This document shows, in pieces, positions 55,443 to 64,000 of a stretch of DNA of 64,000 nucleotides; the stretch's first letter is position 1, and the number at the start of each line of letters is the position of its first letter. A program made the translations under genes and the position numbers. The DNA is taken from the sequence record NZ_CP086424.1; one strand, 5' to 3'. The stretch is from a plasmid. A model generated the notes under the pieces. The model saw only the letters and a list, made by a program, of their open reading frames with translations, did no database searches and had not been told where the DNA came from.

Positions 55443-56755
55443 TTAAGCGATTTTGGACACAGTTAGACCCCAACAAGAAGCGTTGGGTGTCTATCGCTGG
55501 CGGCGTCTTCGTTCTTTTTGCGGTCGTGACAATGTTCTCTGGTGAACCCAAGAAAGAAGAGAAGCGCGGTCGCCAAGAAACCATCAAGCACGTTCTCACA
55601 GACAAAAACACCCGTGAGATCGGGATAGATTCGTTGTCTGCCGATGTGAAGATGGTGTCTCGTGAAAACTCCGACCTGAAAAAGGAGCTGGAACGAGTCA
55701 AGAAAGAGCTGGAGGAAACCAAAACCACTGCCGGGAAATCCAGTGATGTTGGCCGTGAGATGACCCGCCTTCGTCAAGATTTGGACCGCCTGACCCAGAA
55801 GAACATGGAATTGGCTAAGAAAGTCGAAACCGGCGCTGCTGGTGGAAAAACATCCTCTTCATCAGAGGATGCCAGAGCCGATGTTAATGGTGCATCTGGT
55901 GGTGATGGTCAGTTCATGGAGAAAAAGCTCGACTACAAAGATCCTGCATCCTTTTTTCGGGACGCACCGCTTCCTGACTCGAAGGGTGGGGCTCCTGCAA
56001 CTGGCAAGGGAGACGGTCGTGATGCAACTAAACCAGGCATCCAAATAGTGAGCTACTCGCAGAAAGCGCCAGAAGTTGAAGAGAAGGACAACAAGGATGA
56101 TGAGTCTATCTACCTACCTTCTGGCTCCATCCTGACAGGGGTGCTCATCAACGGTATGGACGCACCAACATCTCAAGGTGCTCGTCGAGATCCGTTCCCT
56201 TCGACCCTCAGGATTCAGAAAGAGGCTATTTTGCCTAACCGCTTCCGTGCGGATGTTCGTGAGTGCTTCCTGATTGTTTCAGGCTATGGAGATCTCAGTT
56301 CAGAGCGAGCGTACCTGCGTGGCGAGACCTTCTCGTGCGTTCGGGATGATGGGGGTGTCATAGAAGCGAAGCTGGATTCCTATGCAGTGGGTGAAGACGG
56401 TAAGGCCGGTGTCCGTGGTCGCGTCGTATCGAAGCAGGGGCAAATCATCGCCAAGAGCTTGATGGCAGGCTTCCTTGGTGGCGTTTCCGAAGCCTTTGAC
56501 GTCAATCCTGTGCCGGTCGTTAGCACTAACCCTGGCTCAAATACCCAGTACCAGTCTGTGTTCTCCGACCAGATGTTGCAGGGAGCAGCAGTGAAGGGGG
56601 CCAGTAAGGCGCTAGATCGCATCGCTCAGTTCTATATCGACATGGCCGAAGGCATCTTCCCTGTTATCGAGGTCGATGCTGGCCGTCAGGTAGACATCAT
56701 CGTGACCAAAGGAACCAAGCTACAAATTCGTTCCACCGGGGGAACCAAGAAATGA
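55439..56755 (+). CDS. traB: F-type T4SS protein TraB (VirB10-like)
   Basis: N-terminal TM segment, coiled coil, Gly/Lys-rich linker, C-terminal VirB10-like domain. 438 aa. Confidence 0.75.
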   Translation: MIKRFWTQLDPNKKRWVSIAGGVFVLFAVVTMFSGEPKKEEKRGRQETIKHVLTDKNTREIGIDSLSADVKMVSRENSDLKKELERVKKELEETKTTAGKSSDVGREMTRLRQDLDRLTQKNMELAKKVETGAAGGKTSSSSEDARADVNGASGGDGQFMEKKLDYKDPASFFRDAPLPDSKGGAPATGKGDGRDATKPGIQIVSYSQKAPEVEEKDNKDDESIYLPSGSILTGVLINGMDAPTSQGARRDPFPSTLRIQKEAILPNRFRADVRECFLIVSGYGDLSSERAYLRGETFSCVRDDGGVIEAKLDSYAVGEDGKAGVRGRVVSKQGQIIAKSLMAGFLGGVSEAFDVNPVPVVSTNPGSNTQYQSVFSDQMLQGAAVKGASKALDRIAQFYIDMAEGIFPVIEVDAGRQVDIIVTKGTKLQIRSTGGTKK

Positions 56756-57330
56756 AAAATTTGAACATTTTGACCAGAAAGGGCAGTTCCAGAGGCGAGG
56801 CTCAAAAGGAACAGGCAGTAAGATCCGCAAAGATGTTGGGGGTGGGTGCAGCGCTACTTATTTTGTCGGGCTGTTCGACGTTCAACATCGGCAAGGATGA
56901 GTATAGCTGTCCGGGAATGCCGAATGGTGTTCAGTGTATGTCAGCGCGAGACGTTTACGCCGCAACCAATGACGGAAATGTCCCGCGTCCAATGAAACCA
57001 GAGGAAGTCGAGGCCAAAGCGGAAGCGGATGGCGAAGGTTCCTCAAACGTTTCAGCGAACTCATCTAGCTCCGGAGACCCGGTGATTGACAACTATGTCG
57101 CACCGCGTCTTCCGGATCGCCCGATTCCAATTCGTACACCAGCACAGGTTATGCGGATTTGGGTAGCTCCCTGGGAGGACACCAATGGTGATCTCATCGT
57201 GACAGGGTATGTCTATACCGAAATCGAACCGCGCAGGTGGGTGATTGGGGATGGCACACCGCAAAGTGAGCCAGTTTTGAGACCGCTGCAAACGGTACAA
57301 CACGAACCGAAGTCTGAAACAACCAAATAG
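56752..57330 (+). CDS. traV: F-type T4SS lipoprotein TraV
   Basis: Lipobox LILSGCS. 192 aa. Confidence 0.7.
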   Translation: MKNLNILTRKGSSRGEAQKEQAVRSAKMLGVGAALLILSGCSTFNIGKDEYSCPGMPNGVQCMSARDVYAATNDGNVPRPMKPEEVEAKAEADGEGSSNVSANSSSSGDPVIDNYVAPRLPDRPIPIRTPAQVMRIWVAPWEDTNGDLIVTGYVYTEIEPRRWVIGDGTPQSEPVLRPLQTVQHEPKSETTK

Positions 57331-57333
57331 GAG

Positions 57334-57726
57334 ATGTTCTTGATGAACGCAAATCAGTTGGCGAATGCCTCAAGTAAAAACAACGCACTCTTCCTCTTCC
57401 TGGGGTTGATGGTGGTAGCCTTCCTGCTCGTGCCGGATCAGGCCCACGCTGGTACTGGTGGTACAGCGTTTGACGACGTATGGGTAACTCTCAAGGATTG
57501 GACCCAAGGTACTTTGGGTCGAATCGTTGCGGGTGCGATGATCCTGGTCGGTGTTGTTGGTGGTATCGCTCGCCAGAGCCTCATGGCTTTCGCTATGGGT
57601 ATCGGTGGCGGTATGGGCCTGTACAACTCCCCGACCGTAGTGGAATCCATCATGTCTGCTACTCTGGAACATGCAGAGAAGGTCATCCCGGCTGTTGTGC
57701 AACTCAGCAATGGCCTGGGGGTGTAA
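57334..57726 (+). CDS. traA: Conjugative pilin precursor TraA
   Basis: Long leader followed by hydrophobic mature pilin segments. 130 aa. Confidence 0.7.
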   Translation: MFLMNANQLANASSKNNALFLFLGLMVVAFLLVPDQAHAGTGGTAFDDVWVTLKDWTQGTLGRIVAGAMILVGVVGGIARQSLMAFAMGIGGGMGLYNSPTVVESIMSATLEHAEKVIPAVVQLSNGLGV

Positions 57727-57824
57727 AAGACACCTTGCCGTTAATCAACGGGTGATAGGGGCAGCCTAAAAGCTGCCCTTATTTTTTGGCAAAAAGTCCA
57801 GTCATAACAAATTCCAACTATTTC

Positions 57825-59479
57825 CCTAGATTCTACGTCAGTACTTCAAAAAGCATAATCAAAGCCTTGATAAATATGCATTCCTTCGAAATTCAGCTTT
57901 CACCCATTGGGTGAAAGAAAAGTGCTCAAAAATATGTTAAATTATCAGCTTTTATGACTCGATATATGGTAAAATAATAGTAAGAAAAGTAGTAAAAAGG
58001 GGTTCTAATTATGATTAATAAAATTGATTTCAAAGCTAAGAATCTAACATCAAATGCAGGTCTTTTTCTGCTCCTTGAGAATGCAAAAAGCAATGGGATT
58101 TTTGATTTTATTGAAAATGACCTCGTATTTGATAATGACTCAACAAATAAAATCAAGATGAATCATATAAAGACCATGCTCTGCGGTCACTTCATTGGCA
58201 TTGATAAGTTAGAACGTCTAAAGCTACTTCAAAATGATCCCCTCGTCAACGAGTTTGATATTTCCGTAAAAGAACCTGAAACAGTGTCACGGTTTCTAGG
58301 AAACTTCAACTTCAAGACAACCCAAATGTTTAGAGACATTAATTTTAAAGTCTTTAAAAAACTGCTCACTAAAAGTAAATTGACATCCATTACGATTGAT
58401 ATTGATAGTAGTGTAATTAACGTAGAAGGTCATCAAGAAGGTGCGTCAAAAGGATATAATCCTAAGAAACTGGGAAACCGATGCTACAATATCCAATTTG
58501 CATTTTGCGACGAATTAAAAGCATATGTTACCGGATTTGTAAGAAGTGGCAATACTTACACTGCAAACGGTGCTGCGGAAATGATCAAAGAAATTGTTGC
58601 TAACATCAAATCAGACGATTTAGAAATTTTATTTCGAATGGATAGTGGCTACTTTGATGAAAAAATTATCGAAACGATAGAATCTCTTGGATGCAAATAT
58701 TTAATTAAAGCCAAAAGTTATTCTACACTCACCTCACAAGCAACGAATTCATCAATTGTATTCGTTAAAGGAGAAGAAGGTAGAGAAACTACAGAACTGT
58801 ATACAAAATTAGTTAAATGGGAAAAAGACAGAAGATTTGTCGTATCTCGCGTACTGAAACCAGAAAAAGAAAGAGCACAATTATCACTTTTAGAAGGTTC
58901 CGAATACGACTACTTTTTCTTTGTAACAAATACTACCTTGCTTTCTGAAAAAGTAGTTATATACTATGAAAAGCGTGGTAATGCTGAAAACTATATCAAA
59001 GAAGCCAAATACGACATGGCGGTGGGTCATCTCTTGCTAAAGTCATTTTGGGCGAATGAAGCCGTGTTTCAAATGATGATGCTTTCATATAACCTATTTT
59101 TGTTGTTCAAGTTTGATTCCTTGGACTCTTCAGAATACAGACAGCAAATAAAGACCTTTCGTTTGAAGTATGTATTTCTTGCAGCAAAAATAATCAAAAC
59201 CGCAAGATATGTAATCATGAAGTTGTCGGAAAACTATCCGTACAAGGGAGTGTATGAAAAATGTCTGGTATAATAAGAATATCATCAATAAAATTGAGTG
59301 TTGCTCTGTGGATAACTTGCAGAGTTTATTAAGTATCATTGCAGCAAAGATGAAATCAATGATTTATCAAAAATGATTGAAAGGTGGTTGTAAATAATGT
59401 TACAATGTGTGAGAAGCAGTCTAAATTCTTCGTGAAATAGTGATTTTTGAAGCTAATAAAAAACACACGTGGAATTTAG
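57825..59479 (+). mobile_element. ISEcp1: ISEcp1 (IS1380 family) with terminal repeats CCTAGATTCTACGT ... ACGTGGAATTTAGG
   Basis: Both terminal repeats read directly. The 420-aa transposase is recognisable. Low GC. Confidence 0.85.
58011..59273 (+). CDS. tnpA: ISEcp1 transposase (420 aa)
   Basis: N-terminus MINKIDFKAKNLTSNAGLFLLLE recognised. Confidence 0.85.
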   Translation: MINKIDFKAKNLTSNAGLFLLLENAKSNGIFDFIENDLVFDNDSTNKIKMNHIKTMLCGHFIGIDKLERLKLLQNDPLVNEFDISVKEPETVSRFLGNFNFKTTQMFRDINFKVFKKLLTKSKLTSITIDIDSSVINVEGHQEGASKGYNPKKLGNRCYNIQFAFCDELKAYVTGFVRSGNTYTANGAAEMIKEIVANIKSDDLEILFRMDSGYFDEKIIETIESLGCKYLIKAKSYSTLTSQATNSSIVFVKGEEGRETTELYTKLVKWEKDRRFVVSRVLKPEKERAQLSLLEGSEYDYFFFVTNTTLLSEKVVIYYEKRGNAENYIKEAKYDMAVGHLLLKSFWANEAVFQMMMLSYNLFLLFKFDSLDSSEYRQQIKTFRLKYVFLAAKIIKTARYVIMKLSENYPYKGVYEKCLV

Positions 59480-60742
<1,263 letters not shown>

Positions 60743-60835
60743 CTGACGATGAGGCCCAGGATATTGGGCCTCCTTTCTTTCTCTTTTTTTCCTGTTGTCA
60801 TCTACACTTAACAAAAATACAGCAAGGAAAATCCC

Positions 60836-61369
60836 ATGCGCATTTTGCCCGTCGTTGCTGCAGTTACGGCTGCATTCCTGGTTGTCGCGTGTAGCTCCCC
60901 GACACCGCCGAAAGGCGTTACCGTGGTAAATAACTTTGATGCCAAACGCTATCTGGGAACCTGGTATGAAATTGCGCGCTTCGACCATCGTTTCGAGCGC
61001 GGATTGGATAAAGTGACCGCAACATACAGCTTGCGCGACGACGGCGGCATCAACGTTATTAACAAGGGCTATAACCCTGACAGGGAGATGTGGCAGAAAA
61101 CGGAAGGGAAAGCCTATTTCACCGGCGACCCAAGCAGAGCCGCGCTTAAGGTTTCTTTTTTCGGCCCCTTCTATGGCGGGTATAACGTAATTGCACTCGA
61201 CCGGGAATATCGTCACGCGCTGGTTTGTGGTCCGGATCGCGACTACCTGTGGATCCTTTCACGGACCCCTACTATTTCAGATGAAATGAAACAGCAAATG
61301 TTAGCCATCGCGACCCGGGAAGGGTTTGAAGTGAATAAACTGATTTGGGTGAAACAGCCTGGCGCTTAG
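60836..61369 (+). CDS. blc: Outer-membrane lipocalin Blc
   Basis: Lipobox VVACSS and lipocalin motif [16 protein letters not shown]. 177 aa. Confidence 0.85.
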
Positions 61370-61683
61370 TGAGTGCTCAGCTTCAGACCAATAATGCCAG
61401 CAACGATCAGCCCAAGGCTCAGCAAACGTGCCGGGCTGGCAGACTCACCCAGCAGCAAAATCCCTGTAATGGCCGCCCCAACAGCGCCAATACCGGTCCA
61501 GACCGCATAAGCGGTTCCTACAGGCAACGTGCGCATTGCCCAAGAGAGCATGGCGATACTGACGATCATCGCCGCAATAGTGATAATGCTTGGCGTAAGA
61601 CGCGTAAAACCGTGGGTGTATTTCAGGCCAATCGCCCAGACAACTTCGAGCAAACCTGCAATTAATAAAACGATCCAGGACAT
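61366..61683 (-). CDS. sugE: SMR-family quaternary ammonium compound efflux protein SugE (105 aa)
   Basis: Sequence [26 protein letters not shown]. True start is internal to the 146-aa track ORF. Confidence 0.85.
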
Positions 61684-61939
61684 ATCAGGCTCCAGAACAA
61701 TGGGGCCGTCCCCGGTGAAAGAAGCGTTTGCAGGTCGTCCTGCAAAGCTAATGTGTGAAATGGCATTTTTGCCCGGAAGAAAATGAATTTCAACCTTTTT
61801 ATTCACCGCCTGCTAAAAGCAAGAATTAAGCATAATTAGCGGCGTAGTTCCCGCATTTGGCACTCATCGGAGTTCTCTATGATGAAGGGCTTTCTGAAAC
61901 CAGAAAGTCGATTGCCCCTCTTCTGAATGCGAAACGTTT

Positions 61940-62303
61940 ATGCTTAAAATTTTAGTGATTGACCGGTGCCACTTTACCCGCACAGGGATAGAGGCCTTGC
62001 TTAATCATTCTGGCAGGTTCAGCTCCTCATTTCTGGTATCAGGAATCAATAATCTCCTGTTAGCAAAAGAGCATATTTTGCAATGGAAACCGCATCTGGT
62101 GATCGCGGATTTATACAGTTTTATTAGCGAGACGCACTCCAGTCCGCCAATTAAACCTTTTTTTATGAGTTGTGGCGTCATCCCACTAATTTTACTGCAA
62201 TCAGCAGACAGACAGCATGCACCCATCGTGCCCTCTCAATCCGTAGCCCATTCGGTCTTGACCAAGCACACCACGCTGAACACACTCTCCCACACAATTC
62301 AGG
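61940..62303 (+). pseudogene. ecnR: Truncated ecnR (LuxR/response-regulator-like), cut at the transposition-unit boundary
   Basis: N-terminal receiver-like domain (MLKILVIDRCHFTRTGIEALL). The ORF continues into backbone sequence past the unit end. Confidence 0.55.
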
Positions 62304-62410
62304 ATTTCCTTATTTGCTCAAAAAGGGCACTTCCACAGCCCATGTTTATGCACTCCCTCCCGTAACCTCCAGCATTGGGTTCTTGTAACTCAAAACGAAT
62401 GGAGAATGCG

Positions 62411-64000
62411 ATGATCAATTTCAAGCCTAAAATTCCGGCGATGCTTGGGGCTCTGGCGGTTCTTACCGCTGGTGCTGCTCATGCAGAGCTGCTGGAATAC
62501 ACCTTTAAGGCTCCAGATGGTACGCAACGGTCTCTGACTCCGAATGCCAACTATGCCAACCCAACGGGCAATATCTCGTTTGCCTTGAGTGCCGGTATCG
62601 ACCGAAAGGTAAAGATTTCGGTGCTTCGGTCGGATGGAACAGTGGTTTCGACAGCGACCAGCCACCTTCTTGGGGCTACTGATCGCATCACAGTGGGTGG
62701 AAAATCCTACTATGGTGCGGAACTTCAACTACCAGCTCCAGTTGGTGGGGCATACACTATCAGGGCGGAAATTCTTGCCTCTGATGGTTCTACAGTACAG
62801 ACGGATGAATACCCTCTTACTGTCGATGTGACGCCGCCAACCTACTCTTCGCTTGCCCCGGTTTATAGTAACTATGGGCAGGTTACTAGCGGTGATGTTT
62901 GGAAACTGGGTCTAGGTGGCTCTGAGGATAATGCCTTTTTGCTGTCAGGAATCTCTGATGAGTCACCCATCAAAGGCGTCAAAGCAAAGCTGTATCGTCA
63001 AGACGGTTCACTCTACAAAGATGTATCCGTGAACTACGATGACGCTAACGGACAAGCTAGACAGTCTTTCCAATCTGGCTTTTTCCCAGCCTCTGACTTG
63101 GATGAAGTGTTTACACTTCAGTTTGAGATAAGCGATAGCGCTGGAAATAGCTATCTTTCACCTCGTCAAAAAGTGATGTTTGATAGCATAACCAATGCTC
63201 CGTCTGCACCTTTTGGTGTTTATGACCCTTCAAGTACAAACAACTTAGGCCCTGGATTAACCGGATTTGTTGCTTACACTGAGGGCATGACAGTTAAAAC
63301 TAACCCAATCAAGTTAGCTTGGCGTGTTCCGCGTGATAACTGGCATGAGTATAGAGAAGGTGGGATAAATATGACCAATGCCTTGGGAGAGATGTCCAAG
63401 GTAGGAGAAGATGCCAGCTATGTTTATCTCGTCACAACCGCACCTTATGGCAATACCGACGGCAATTATTGGCGTTGGGTGAACTTCGGCCAGTGGGGGG
63501 GAGGCGGTATTGCTTATAACCTCACACTCTCTCCATCAGCGCCTAAAAGTCCCAGACTTTTGGGTGTGGACTACAATTACAGTGATATAGGATGGTCTAG
63601 TTTTTACCGCTACTGGGTGAACAATTCTGTTCTTCCTGTCACTGTTAGTAGTATCCGTGTCAAAGTTGAACCAAGGCCTTACGTTCAAACTGCCGTTCAC
63701 AGGGGAAGCTGTGAAATTCCTGTTGGTCAAGATAGCTGCGTGATTGCAAATAGCTTCACAATGGCTAAAGGCACAACAGGGTACGTCCACGATAATGCGA
63801 CAGTTTTCAATCCGGATAAATCTCTTCGCTCGAATCCTCTTTGGGCAGAGGTTAACTGGAACGATCAGCACTACCCTCAGCTAAGTCAGCAGTTCGATCA
63901 AAATAGCAAGGTATTTACCTTATTCGTTAACCAGCCAGGACGAGGCGCTTACTTTGATAGGCTGCGTCTGCGAAGTGCATGGATTGAAGATAGCAAAGGC
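62411..64000 (+). CDS. Large secreted surface protein, 5' partial (orf1832/orf1847-like)
   Basis: ATG at 62411 with a signal peptide (MINFKPKIPAMLGALAVLTAGAAHA). The open frame runs to the window end. It is not in the ORF track because no stop is reached. Confidence 0.6.
   Translation, partial: MINFKPKIPAMLGALAVLTAGAAHAELLEYTFKAPDGTQRSLTPNANYANPTGNISFALSAGIDRKVKISVLRSDGTVVSTATSHLLGATDRITVGGKSYYGAELQLPAPVGGAYTIRAEILASDGSTVQTDEYPLTVDVTPPTYSSLAPVYSNYGQVTSGDVWKLGLGGSEDNAFLLSGISDESPIKGVKAKLYRQDGSLYKDVSVNYDDANGQARQSFQSGFFPASDLDEVFTLQFEISDSAGNSYLSPRQKVMFDSITNAPSAPFGVYDPSSTNNLGPGLTGFVAYTEGMTVKTNPIKLAWRVPRDNWHEYREGGINMTNALGEMSKVGEDASYVYLVTTAPYGNTDGNYWRWVNFGQWGGGGIAYNLTLSPSAPKSPRLLGVDYNYSDIGWSSFYRYWVNNSVLPVTVSSIRVKVEPRPYVQTAVHRGSCEIPVGQDSCVIANSFTMAKGTTGYVHDNATVFNPDKSLRSNPLWAEVNWNDQHYPQLSQQFDQNSKVFTLFVNQPGRGAYFDRLRLRSAWIEDSKG

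Noticed and set aside
61684-61806. Extended sugE ORF (146 aa)
   Set aside because: SugE is 105 aa and starts at MSWIVLLI. The upstream portion is non-hydrophobic read-through.

Overview
This window looks like the backbone of an IncC (IncA/C2, type 1-like) conjugative multidrug-resistance plasmid. It starts at repA and runs into the first transfer-gene block. Identification rests on motifs and on sequences I remember; nothing was checked against a database.

In order, the window contains:
- **Replication region (1..2100):** RepA (1..1101), a terminator, an oriV with about 14 directly repeated 19-bp iterons (consensus ATGTGGGnACGYTGCACG, 1221..1981) split by a perfect DnaA box (1629..1637), then an AT-rich GATC segment.
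- **Backbone accessory genes (2138..17792):** PAPS-reductase-like protein plus a membrane protein, a RecB/Cas4-like nuclease-fold protein, an S49 peptidase, DsbA, a thermonuclease, HU, a RelE/ParE-type toxin with an XRE antitoxin (tad-ata-like), and many hypotheticals.
- **Resistance island 'ARI-B' (17955..31560):** two IS26 copies in inverted orientation, a serine recombinase, ISCR2, a truncated virD2-like gene, floR, truncated lysR, a truncated ISCR2 copy, tetA(A)-tetR(A), strB-strA, sul2 and an ISCR2-end remnant.
- **Partition and maintenance block (31563..45103):** parA, parB, the small 053-like gene, an HsdM-like methylase fragment, a run of overlapping small genes, a dcm-like methyltransferase-like gene, topoisomerase III, and a lipoprotein.
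- **Transfer block 1 (45271..57726):** MobH relaxase TraI, coupling protein TraD, then F-type traL-E-K-B-V-A.
- **ISEcp1 unit (57825..62303):** the transposition unit ISEcp1-blaCMY-2-like-blc-sugE-truncated ecnR, flanked by a 5-bp ATTTC target duplication.
- **Window end (62411..64000):** the 5' part of the large orf1832-like gene.

The most interesting features outside the annotated genes are two dispersed operator-like motif families. One is an 18-20 bp perfect palindrome, ACTTTCACATGTGAAAGT, present at 8 sites, one of them 42 bp upstream of parA. The other is a TACAGTATCAT-AAA-ATGATACTGTA inverted repeat lying just upstream of several operon starts. They suggest a global repressor network in the style of KorB/KorA of IncP plasmids. 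There is also a solitary iteron upstream of the first accessory operon, and a set of five res-like repeats upstream of the serine recombinase.
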